45,600 nt of DNA, from the NCBI GenBank assembly GCA_035656475.1, contig DASRSQ010000355.1:1-45600 (forward strand). The letters are read 5' to 3'. Both the position numbers and the translations under genes were made by a program. Positions 10,101 through 17,122 of the stretch are shown one piece after another (positions within the stretch are counted from its first letter, which is position 1; each line of letters starts with the position of its first letter). This stretch comes from Gemmataceae bacterium. Lineage in GTDB: Bacteria > Planctomycetota > Planctomycetia > Gemmatales > Gemmataceae. The notes under the pieces were generated by a model. It was not told the origin of the DNA. It made no database searches and saw only the letters and a program-made list of their open reading frames with translations.

Positions 10101-10214
10101 GAAATGCGCCCCGCGGCATTGCCGAAAGCGGTGCTCCACGTCGAAGTGCGCGATCGTCAGGGCAACATCTCACGCCTGGAGCGAAGCATCACCGCGCCGG
10201 CCAAGGGGCATTGA
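7194..10214 (+). CDS. Large secreted TolB-like beta-propeller protein with two CxxCH haem-c motifs (resembles 'HzsA-related' proteins of PVC bacteria)
   Basis: ATG 7194 is preceded by GAGGAG (7181-7186) and gives signal peptide MSLPGSISRVVVLGVLALGF. PD40/TolB-like strands: HPDGRDESL, GGRIVFVSDRNG, HPDGTNWGPL. Haem motifs CGGCH at 9189-9203 and CVACH at 9423-9437. The family name is from memory and not verified. Confidence 0.65.
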   Translation: MSLPGSISRVVVLGVLALGFAYESGAGPQSDDKGDTKPAPRRPWDSARDMPRPVASDPAVKLDYPIVYVRVPRPYPKPYAGINHLNQAGLHQTNAPGAELRILHPDGRDESLVPVEPQESITDPVVSFDAQWVYFAKFHNMNTGPSASMTHLQSTKGSDIYKVHVASKKVVQLTKQERTPSAAALAVGKESHPRGVHNLAPCPVAGGRIVFVSDRNGIRGVREQTQPALQLFAMDDDGTNIDFIGPLNFGTALHPVALRDGRVMFSSLETQGLRSDERWGIWAIHPDGTNWGPLTSALGSPPGQAVHFQTQLSDESIVVETYYQTGSTDGFGSYYKFPMRLPPGQPSFAPAAKRFTPHGMVNLTLFASHQDVRPNQKTNPFDSNPFFGNVTHPSAAPDNHLLTTWAMPFDAQDQSVPVYDAGIYLIKSGRPINHPSKMLLVKNDPKYQELWPRALVPYQRIYGVEAPPKLTHRNDGKTSPHLPAGTPFGLVGSTSLYKRESYPNGVVPPGAVTGRSARPEDRKQLWRELAVSRFGYPGNWGEQGADAGLYSSSDIWGIRILILEPVSDAISKKRGHFALGSDAEERIRILGEFPVRHFLPSPSGRGAGGEGSKQPLDPDGNPDTSFLAKVPADVAWTFQTLDNNGMVVNMAQTWHQVRPGEVRNNCGGCHAHSQQPTPFEKTAAAKPDYKIWDLTVNQPLFTTKARDRSGTKWDAADRTGITFTRGVTDVEFHRDIKPILGRSCVACHSVKHAKPAGRLALDDDSPIKKRGLVPWAENVQVPQGLPQSYARLVQYTWAFQARRSPLMWMIHGKRLDGFDNNDVPSPPLDLLDEKNVLDWCHHGKRRMYDVDYNGHTMPPADAVAGKAKGPDGQLVKVAPLSDDDKLTLARWIDIGCPIDRDAKIGWLLDEGRPTLTLTAHPDCILIGMHDYGTGIDATSFKVTADVAINGVKAGDNLASAFKSIAPGIMEMRPAALPKAVLHVEVRDRQGNISRLERSITAPAKGH
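8990..9012. repeat. Perfect 9-bp-stem palindrome embedded in frame in the CDS
   Basis: CCCCTCTCC (8990-8998), loop TTCTG, GGAGAGGGG (9004-9012), followed by CGGGGGGTGAGGGC. It is translated as PSPSGRGAGGEG. Confidence 0.8.
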
Positions 10215-10321
10215 TCCTCGCGCGTGCAATCGCCAGAAGGCAATCAAGTGCCGTTCAACGGCGAAAGAACACCTGTTTCAAAATCAGGCGAATGCTAATG
10301 GCAGCTTGGGCAAGTCAAGTG

Positions 10322-10346
10322 ACAAAAGTGGCCGCGGCGCGGCCAC
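10322..10346 (-). terminator. Rho-independent terminator of pilT
   Basis: The minus strand reads TAG-C-GTGGCCGCG-C-CGCGGCCAC-TTTTGT immediately after the pilT stop (10348-10350). GC-rich 9-bp arms are followed by a T-tract. Confidence 0.55.
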
Positions 10347-10347
10347 G

Positions 10348-11436
10348 CTACGTGTTCAGGAGGTTCGGATCGCGGACATTTTGCTCGGCGGTCGCGCGGC
10401 TGATTTTGCCTGACCGCAGCAATTGCCGGACTGATTCGTCCATGCTCATCATGCCGTCGCCTCGGCTGGTCATCAGGTAATTGTCGATGCTCTCGAGCTT
10501 GCCGGTGCGGATGGCGCTGGCGATCGGATAGGTGTTTACCAGGACTTCCAGAGCAAGGTGCCGCTTGGTTCCCCCTTGCAAGGCCGGCAGCAGGCGCTGG
10601 CTCACGATGGCCCGCAGGCTCAATGCCAGTTGCACACGGATGTCCTTCTGTACATCCTGAGGAAACAGGTCGGCGTAACGACTGATGGCCCCCTTGGCGT
10701 CGCGCGTGTGCAGACTGGTGAACACCAGGTGCCCCGTTTCCGCCGCGCTGAGGGCCATCTGGGCCGTCTCGCGATCGCGGATTTCGCCGACTAGAATGAC
10801 ATCCGGATCCTGGCGCAGGCCATGCTTGAGGCCGTCGGCAAACGTCAGCACGTCCTTGCCCACCTCGCGCTGCGTCACCACCGAGTTTGCGGCACGGGGA
10901 AACTTGTATTCCACCGGCTCCTCCACCGTGATAATACGGTAGCCACCGGCCTTGTTCACCAGGTTGACGAGCATGGCCAGTGTCGTCGTTTTGCCGGAAC
11001 CCGTGGATCCGGTCACGATTACCAGGCCGTCGCGCTGAAAAGCCAGTTGCTGCGCCAGCAGTGGCGGAAACTCGGCCCATGACAAATCCGGAATGCTGGA
11101 CGGCACCACTCGCAGGCAGGCTCCCAGCCGTCCACCCGCATGAAAAATATTGGCGCGAATCCGCTGGATGCGGCCATTTACAATGAGGGAAAAGGAAAAA
11201 TCGACGCTCTTGTGGGTTTGCAATCGAGCTTGGGTTTCGGGTGGACACAAAGCCAGCAGCAGCGACTCCGCCTCGTCACCACGCAACGGGACCTCGGGCA
11301 ATTCTTTGAGTTCGCCGTGCAAACGCAACACCGGAGGATAACCGACGATGAGATGCAGATCCGAGGCGCCGGCTTCGATGGCGCGCCCTAGCAATTCGCG
11401 GATTTCATCCGGAATCGGTAGTGCATTGGGATCCAT
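10348..11436 (-). CDS. pilT: Type IV pilus retraction ATPase PilT
   Basis: ATG 11436 (MDPNALPIPDEIRELL) sits behind GGGAGA. Motifs: Walker A GSTGSGKTTT, LVGEIRD, and the AHLVFSTLHT-like HLVFTSLHT. The track ORF extends to 11517. Confidence 0.9.
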   Translation of the reverse strand: MDPNALPIPDEIRELLGRAIEAGASDLHLIVGYPPVLRLHGELKELPEVPLRGDEAESLLLALCPPETQARLQTHKSVDFSFSLIVNGRIQRIRANIFHAGGRLGACLRVVPSSIPDLSWAEFPPLLAQQLAFQRDGLVIVTGSTGSGKTTTLAMLVNLVNKAGGYRIITVEEPVEYKFPRAANSVVTQREVGKDVLTFADGLKHGLRQDPDVILVGEIRDRETAQMALSAAETGHLVFTSLHTRDAKGAISRYADLFPQDVQKDIRVQLALSLRAIVSQRLLPALQGGTKRHLALEVLVNTYPIASAIRTGKLESIDNYLMTSRGDGMMSMDESVRQLLRSGKISRATAEQNVRDPNLLNT

Positions 11437-11661
11437 CAGTTTCTCCCGGCGAACTTGCCTGGCGTCCCTTGGAAATCCCTCCCTGTCAACAGGGAAGGTA
11501 TTTCCAGCAGGTAACAATATCGTTGTATCGCCAAGTCCAGGAGAATTCCCGGTCCAGTGTTTGCGTGTCTGGTAGTCTGGTAGCGAAGAGTCCTGGACGG
11601 TGTTACTCTACCGCACACAAGATGAAGCCAAGGTGAACACCCATAGACTCTTCCCAGCGCG

Positions 11662-13530
11662 TCACGGCGTCCGTAGCTGATAACAAGCCGCTTCCTGGCC
11701 ATTGCGAACGTACAGCCGGCCGTGCGCGACGACGGGATGATTCCACGTCTTTCCCTCGATCGCCTTGAAGCGTGTCAGCTCTTTGTGCTCCTGCGGATTC
11801 GCCTCGAGCATCGCAACTTCCCCTTGTTCGGCCATGAGTAGCAGCAGGTCCTGGTCTGCGAGCAAGAGTGCCTGGCCGGTGCCATAGCCGCGCTCTTTCC
11901 ACTTCAATTTGCCTTTGTCGAGATCGACGCAGGCGAACAATTCACCGGTGAAGCCATACATGTGATCGCGGTGAGTGACGAAGTCGTTGAAGTAAGGGCT
12001 GATGGCGCGGGATTGCCAGACCTTCTCGGCGTCCCACTTGTCGCCATCATGGGCGACATGCAGCCGGTGCGTTCCACTGTTGAACGGGGAACCGAGCAGG
12101 AAGTCGGCGTTCCCCACGGCCCCGGGCTGGACGCAACGGGCGGCGCCGCTGAGCTTCCACTCGTAGTTCCAGAGCACGGCGCCGGTTTTGGGCTGCAACG
12201 CAAACAAGCCGTCGCCAGTCATCATGAGCGCCTGTTCGACACCATCGATCTTGGCGCCTTGCAGCGAGCTGTAGCTGAATTCGCCATCGCCGGCGTGCCA
12301 GGCAATCTTGCCGGTATCGGCGTGATAGGCCATGACGCATTTGTCCTTGGCGCCGGTGAAGACCAACACCATTCCTTGCATGACCAGCGGTGAAGCGGCG
12401 AAGCCCCACTGCGGCAGCTTGGCTTCGGAGTCGGCGAGAATGTCCCGCGACCAGAGTTCCTTGCCGCTCGCAGCATCGAGACAGCACAGCTTACCGGCCG
12501 CCCCCATCGCGTAGATCTTCCCGTCGTGAAAGGTCGGCGTCGCACGTGGTCCAACGCCGGCGACGGCTTCCCAGAATCGGGCGGGATACTCGTGAGACCA
12601 GAGGATCTTTCCAGTGTCCGCGTCATAACAGACGACCGCCTCGTTCTTGTCCCATTGTTCTTGCGTGAAGAGATGCTTGCCGATGACCGCGAACGATCCC
12701 CAGCCGGGACCGACCTTGTGCCGCCAAACAAGTTTCGGCGGGTTCTGGCCCCAGTCGGTCGCGATCTTGACGCCGGTCAAACGGCTATCGCGGTTCAGCC
12801 CGCGAAAACAGGGCCAATCGCCCGGCTGCAGAGCCAACGGCTTCGCATTCATTTCGACGGGCTTCGAGGTCTTCGACTTGGCAAGATCCGCGAGGAAATT
12901 GTCCTCGGCGCTCGGCGTCCAGCGCCAGTTGTTCCACATGGCCGCCTGGAAGGCGCCAGTGACGCCGTCAAAGCGGACGAGCGTGAAATACCCGCACACC
13001 ATCATCAAGCCGAGCAGCAACCCGCCCCGGCGGATCTGCCAGCTCGTGGAATACGAAGGAACCAGCCAAACCAGCGGATATGACACGACGAGCCAGAGAA
13101 TCCCAAACGCCTCCGCCAGCGGAAGCGTGTAAAAGACAAGCGGCATTCCCTTGATGGATTGATCCGCAAGGAGCAACATCAGTCCAACCATCAGAATGCA
13201 CGCCGCCGGGACGCCCAGGCGATCCGTCCAGCTCAGTCGGCTGAAGAAGAGCCACCACCCGAGGAGGGCGAGCGTGCCGACCATCGGTCCGATCAGCAAC
13301 GACATGAACCCCAATGGTTCGCCGTCAAAGAACAACTGAAGCGTTCCGACGATCGCCCATTGGACTGCGAAAATGGCGACGCCAGGCCACAGCCGCAGCC
13401 GTCGCTGCAGGCTCGGCGGAGACGCCATCGCTTCCGGCTCCGCCTGGCGCGCCGGCATCGGCTCGTCGGTAAATTGCGTGGTAGATTGCTTCAAGGGCTG
13501 ATCGGAAAACTGCGATTGAATGTCGCTCAT
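11662..13530 (-). CDS. Polytopic membrane domain fused to a PQQ-like (BamB-type) beta-propeller
   Basis: About 190 aa with 5-6 hydrophobic helices are followed by repeated propeller blades (AVVCYDADTGKILW, KLCCLDAASGKELW, CVMAYHADTGKIAW, LFALQPKTGAVLW, LFACVDLDKGKLKW). Confidence 0.75.
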   Translation of the reverse strand: MSDIQSQFSDQPLKQSTTQFTDEPMPARQAEPEAMASPPSLQRRLRLWPGVAIFAVQWAIVGTLQLFFDGEPLGFMSLLIGPMVGTLALLGWWLFFSRLSWTDRLGVPAACILMVGLMLLLADQSIKGMPLVFYTLPLAEAFGILWLVVSYPLVWLVPSYSTSWQIRRGGLLLGLMMVCGYFTLVRFDGVTGAFQAAMWNNWRWTPSAEDNFLADLAKSKTSKPVEMNAKPLALQPGDWPCFRGLNRDSRLTGVKIATDWGQNPPKLVWRHKVGPGWGSFAVIGKHLFTQEQWDKNEAVVCYDADTGKILWSHEYPARFWEAVAGVGPRATPTFHDGKIYAMGAAGKLCCLDAASGKELWSRDILADSEAKLPQWGFAASPLVMQGMVLVFTGAKDKCVMAYHADTGKIAWHAGDGEFSYSSLQGAKIDGVEQALMMTGDGLFALQPKTGAVLWNYEWKLSGAARCVQPGAVGNADFLLGSPFNSGTHRLHVAHDGDKWDAEKVWQSRAISPYFNDFVTHRDHMYGFTGELFACVDLDKGKLKWKERGYGTGQALLLADQDLLLLMAEQGEVAMLEANPQEHKELTRFKAIEGKTWNHPVVAHGRLYVRNGQEAACYQLRTP

Positions 13531-13645
13531 CGGTTGCTCCTGAATTCTTTCGCGACGCGGAAGCTATTGCAAGACTTGAATGACCTGGATTGACATGGAT
13601 GGCCAGGTTCTTAATAATTGAGCATAGACTCGCATAGAAACTTAT

Positions 13646-14266
13646 ATGAGCAGACCCTCGCATAAGTCAAGCCCCAAAAAAACACGGGCCATCCACTTGC
13701 CCCAGCGATCCAACGGCAGATTGCGCGTCGCCGCCATCTTGCGGGCGGCGGCCGACGTCGTCGCCGAGAAAGGATACGAGGCGGCAACGATGGCGGAAAT
13801 CGCGGAACGCTCCAGCACCAAGATCGGCTCGCTCTACCGCTTCTTCCCCAACAAGGAAAGTCTTGCCGAGATGATGATCGCCAGCGCCCGCGAAAACCTG
13901 GACATGGAATTCGACCGCTTTGACGCGGCCGTGCGGGGTTTATCGATCGAGGCGCTGGTTGACCATCTCCAGTCTCTGCTCTTTCAGCGACTCCTCACCC
14001 CCGCGCTGAAGAAGCTTCTCGATGCCAGCAAGGATGGATCGATAAAATGCGATGAATTCCGCGATGCCGTTCTGGGGCGCGTCACCAAAACACTGATGAT
14101 CTACCGCCCAAAGCTGCGGAAAGAATCGGCGGGAGACATCGCCCTGGTCATCCTGCTCAACATGAAGGCAGCCGCAACGCACCAGGAATTCTTCGAGTCC
14201 GCGCCCAGCATCCTGGCCGAGTTTCGCGACATGACACGACTCTATTTGCAAAACAGGCTAGGATGA
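13646..14266 (+). CDS. TetR/AcrR family transcriptional regulator
   Basis: N-terminal HTH AAADVVAEKGYEAATMAEIAERSSTKIGSLYRFFPNKESL, 206 aa. It lies 31 nt upstream of the peroxiredoxin-like gene. Confidence 0.85.
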   Translation: MSRPSHKSSPKKTRAIHLPQRSNGRLRVAAILRAAADVVAEKGYEAATMAEIAERSSTKIGSLYRFFPNKESLAEMMIASARENLDMEFDRFDAAVRGLSIEALVDHLQSLLFQRLLTPALKKLLDASKDGSIKCDEFRDAVLGRVTKTLMIYRPKLRKESAGDIALVILLNMKAAATHQEFFESAPSILAEFRDMTRLYLQNRLG

Positions 14267-14296
14267 TTCCACCTTGTACTCAAAAACCTTTGGCAT

Positions 14297-14860
14297 ATGG
14301 TTTGGCAAATTGGCGATCTGGTCGGCGATGTGAAGTTCGTACTACCGGACGGCGCCACGACCGCGCTCACGGCATACACCGGTAAACCCCTGCTTCTGAT
14401 CTTCTTCCGGCACCTGCTTTGAATCTCCTGCCGGGCGCACCTGGTCGAGGTGCAAAAACGCTATGACGAGATTCGGGGCGTTGGCGCCGATGTCCTCGTC
14501 GTCACTCAGGCAGGCGTCGAGTTGCTGGCGGCCTTTGTTCGCGAGGAGCCGCTGCCGTTTCCGATTGTCGCAGACCCCGCACGTGTCGCGTATCGTGCCT
14601 TCGGCCTGGAGCGAACAACGTGGTCTACGTTCTTGCGCTTCGGCGTGATCCTTCGTTATCTGCAACTGATGTTGGGCGGCTGGTTGCCCCGGCGGCCGCA
14701 TAAAGAAGAGGACATTCTGCAACTCGGAGGCGACTTCGTTCTCGACGCAGCGGGACGCCTGTTTTATGCCCACCGCAGCGCGGAACCCACGAATCGCCCG
14801 GGTATCGAGAACCTGTTGCAGGTACTCCGACAAGCGGCGGGTGTTCTCCCGAATCCATGA
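14297..14860 (+). CDS. Peroxiredoxin-like (AhpC/TSA-type thioredoxin fold) protein with in-frame UGA, candidate selenocysteine in a UxxC motif
   Basis: ATG 14297 is in the same frame as the 136-aa track ORF (GTG 14450). The only interruption is TGA at 14420-14422. The product MVWQIGDLVGDVKFVLPDGATTALTAYTGKPLLLIFFRHLL-U-ISC-RAHLVEVQKRYDEIRGVGADVLVV places the UGA at the first Cys of the redox CxxC. Confidence 0.6.
14437..14453 (+). promoter_or_regulatory. Candidate bacterial SECIS hairpin
   Basis: GCACCU-GGUCG-AGGUGC forms a 6-bp stem with a GGUCG apical loop. The stem starts 17 nt after the U of the UGA. Confidence 0.35.
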
Positions 14861-15368
14861 AGATGCAGTTCGTGGGCATGATCCTGATCTGGGATTCCTG
14901 TCCCACAGAGCTGTCGACGGGACGCTGAAGCAGTTCACTGGCCTTTCTGTAAGCCGGCTCATGTCACGATCTCGATCTGGGGCGGATCGTTTACATCGAT
15001 GTACGGGCCCTTCTCTCTACGTATTGTTTCGCTTCAGTCGAATCTGGACGATCGCTTCGTTCGGGTCAGCATGACCTGAACGGAGGTTTGTCTCCTTAGG
15101 CTCTGCTTCGGGCGGCAGCCGGGCCAGGGTCTTGCTGACGTCGCCACGCGGCGCCCTTCCTCGAACAGGGCCGTCATGACCTCGCGCTTGATTTCCAAGG
15201 GACGTGGCGAAGACGGGTAGGCGGGATCGAAAGGAAATGAAAGTCCTTTCCGGCAAAAATGCAAAGCGTGTAGCGCCTGAAGATCGCCCCGCGTTTGTGC
15301 ATGCAGCGTCGCAACGTTTTTACCGCCTGAGTCAGTGCCCGTGCGGTCGCATCTTTGTCGTGAACCGC

Positions 15369-15476
15369 TTGCCTTTATGGCAAATCGGGAGCGCTCCTCG
15401 GCGCACCGAACCTGCCAAATTGGCAGCAAATCGCTCACGGGAGAAAGGTATGGTTGTCATCATATTTGCTTGCAAA
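15369..15476 (+). promoter_or_regulatory. Cluster of palindromes upstream of the sigma-54 promoter (candidate enhancer-binding-protein sites)
   Basis: TTGCC-TTTAT-GGCAA (15369-15383), GGAGCGCTCC (15388-15397), the perfect 15-mer CTGCCAAATTGGCAG (15412-15426), and TTTGC-TT-GCAAA (15465-15476). Confidence 0.3.
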
Positions 15477-15504
15477 CAAATGACTTGCCGCCTTTCCATG
15501 GTGC

Positions 15505-15520
15505 TGGCACGCTGCTTGCT
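15505..15520 (+). promoter_or_regulatory. Sigma-54 (-24/-12) promoter for hsp20
   Basis: TGGCAC-GCTGC-TTGCT matches the TGGCAC-N5-TTGC(A/T) consensus with GG-N10-GC spacing. It lies about 120 nt upstream of the hsp20 ATG on the same strand. Confidence 0.55.
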
Positions 15521-15546
15521 AACGTCGATTTTTTGAGCAGGCAAAT

Positions 15547-15635
15547 CGATCCACCTTTGAACGGGCAAGTGGATCGGCCTGTTCGTAGTGTATGTCACTT
15601 TCTTTCATCGTTGCCCGTGAACCTTGGAAGGAGGT
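15547..15635 (+). promoter_or_regulatory. Structured hsp20 5'UTR: two hairpins, the second sequestering the Shine-Dalgarno (RNA-thermometer-like)
   Basis: Hairpin 1: CGATCCAC (15547-15554) pairs with GTGGATCG (15569-15576). Hairpin 2: ACUUUCUUUC (15597-15606) pairs with GGAAGGAGGU (15626-15635), giving 10 bp including three G-U pairs, with a 19-nt loop. Confidence 0.35.
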
Positions 15636-15640
15636 CTCCT

Positions 15641-16081
15641 ATGCTGTCTCCGCTTCAGACGAATGGCTTGGTCCAGGTTGCCGAGCCGGTCAATCGCCTG
15701 TCCGCCATGTTCGATCGCTTTTTCAACGAAGACATTTTCCAACCCGTTGCGTCGCCGCAGGCTGGTGTCGCGGTCCCATTGGCGATGTGGGAAGATGAGG
15801 ACAACTATTATGTCGAGATCGATGCTCCGGGCATGACTGAGAAGGACATTGACATCTCGGTCCAGCACGGCGATCTCATCGTCAGCGGCGAGCGCCGCTG
15901 CGAGCGGACAGGACCTGGCTACGACACCCGTTCCTATGGCCGGTTCCAGCAACGCATCAGTCTGCCGACGGCGGCCAAGACCGACAAGGTCGATGCCAAA
16001 CTCGCCCACGGCGTTCTTTCGTTGACCTTTCCCAAAGGCGACGAAGCCAAGCCACGCAAGATCGCTCTTCGTAGCGAGTAA
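15641..16081 (+). CDS. Hsp20/alpha-crystallin family small heat-shock protein
   Basis: ATG 15641 sits behind GGAAGGAGG. The alpha-crystallin core is present: PLAMWEDEDNYYVEIDAPGMTEKDIDISVQHGDLIVSGER...SYGRFQQRISLP...KLAHGVLSLTFPK. The track ORF (from 15335) over-extends upstream. Confidence 0.9.
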   Translation: MLSPLQTNGLVQVAEPVNRLSAMFDRFFNEDIFQPVASPQAGVAVPLAMWEDEDNYYVEIDAPGMTEKDIDISVQHGDLIVSGERRCERTGPGYDTRSYGRFQQRISLPTAAKTDKVDAKLAHGVLSLTFPKGDEAKPRKIALRSE

Positions 16082-16326
16082 CTTGCGTTGCCGGACCGCC
16101 GCGGTTGCCGCGCTTGGCGCCGGCCTGTGTTAGCAGAAATCGCCTGGTGACGAACTCGTCGCCAGGCCCGTTTCGTCGGCCTTCGATCATCGGTCGAGGG
16201 CCGATCCGAATCGGCGACAATTCTAGGAACTTCCAAATCCCGTCGCCGGCTCGATTAACACCACAGGATTTACTCCGATCACCGTCCGCGCGAACGGTCG
16301 TGGTCGGCATTCTTGGAGGTTCTTCA

Positions 16327-16614
16327 ATGCCTGCTCGCATGATCGCTGTGCTTCTTGGGATTGGATCGATTCTCCCGCTCGTTGCCGGAATCGCGAATGC
16401 GGAATCACCTTCATGGGTGATTCTTACCGATCGGCAAGAAATTCCACGGCCCTCGTTCCGCTCGAACGCAACACCACTCCCTTGGCGTGACAGCTTTCTC
16501 GATCGTGAGATTAACCAAGAGATTGATAAGGACTCTGAATTCCTTCCGTTCTATGACGATCCCCAATGGCAAGCGCCAAACACCTGGTGCTCGGCCACAG
16601 GGACGGTTGTTTGA
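16327..16614 (+). CDS. Small secreted hypothetical protein (95 aa)
   Basis: ATG 16327 is preceded by GGAGG (16315-16319). Signal peptide MPARMIAVLLGIGSILPLVAGIANA. No recognisable domain. Confidence 0.4.
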   Translation: MPARMIAVLLGIGSILPLVAGIANAESPSWVILTDRQEIPRPSFRSNATPLPWRDSFLDREINQEIDKDSEFLPFYDDPQWQAPNTWCSATGTVV

Positions 16615-16675
16615 TTTGGACCGTCTTTAACTCATCGAGCCGAAGACGCGGAACGACGCGTAAAAGGGGGCGAAC

Positions 16676-17068
16676 ATGGTTCTTTCGCTGCGAATTGCTG
16701 TTGCCGACGATCATCCCGACATGCGCGAATACTACCAGGAAGTGTTACCACGCCTTGGTCATCGCGTCGTCGTTGCCGCATCCAATGGCTGTGAGCTGGT
16801 CGAACAATGCCAAACCGCCGAGCCTGATTTGATAATCTCCGACATCAACATGCCCGAGATGGACGGTGTTACGGCTGTTGCAACATTGTGCCGGGAACGC
16901 CGGATCCCGGTGATTTTCGTGTCTGCCAATCAACACTGGGATTTAAGTGTGTGCGCCGAACTTGGCGTCGTGTTGGGCCGTGTCGACAAACCGATCAAGC
17001 TCTCGGAGCTTCAACTGATGATTGCAAGGGCCTTGTCTTACGTTGAGCCCGAAGGCAAAGCGGTTTAG
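16676..17068 (+). CDS. Single-domain CheY-like response regulator
   Basis: Receiver residues are present: IAVADD, DLIISDINMPEMDG and VDKP. 130 aa with no output domain. Confidence 0.85.
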   Translation: MVLSLRIAVADDHPDMREYYQEVLPRLGHRVVVAASNGCELVEQCQTAEPDLIISDINMPEMDGVTAVATLCRERRIPVIFVSANQHWDLSVCAELGVVLGRVDKPIKLSELQLMIARALSYVEPEGKAV

Positions 17069-17122
17069 AAACGCCTCGGCTCGGCCTGGCCGCGATACTT
17101 GCGTTTCCCTCCAGCGGTCTTC

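Noticed and set aside
8787-10139. 450-aa minus-strand ORF, plus several 60-180-aa ORFs inside 7194-10214.
   Set aside because: They are antisense or off-frame to the propeller/haem gene, low in complexity, and lack signal peptide, SD or domain motifs.
10295-11248. 317-aa minus-strand ORF, off-frame within pilT.
   Set aside because: The pilT frame has Walker A/B and PilT signature motifs. The alternative frame is Gly/Arg/Pro-rich and featureless.
14342-14962. 206-aa minus-strand ORF overlapping the peroxiredoxin-like gene.
   Set aside because: It has no motifs, and it overlaps a + strand frame with a clear thioredoxin-fold pattern.
15010-15330. Minus-strand frames reading ...PLEIKREVMTALFEEGRR / DVSKTLARL..., faintly like the HTH of an IS3-family OrfA. 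This could be a relic of a mobile element in the 780-bp gap before hsp20.
   Set aside because: It needs a frameshift to read, similarity is weak and from memory only, and there are no inverted repeats or OrfB. I leave it uncalled.
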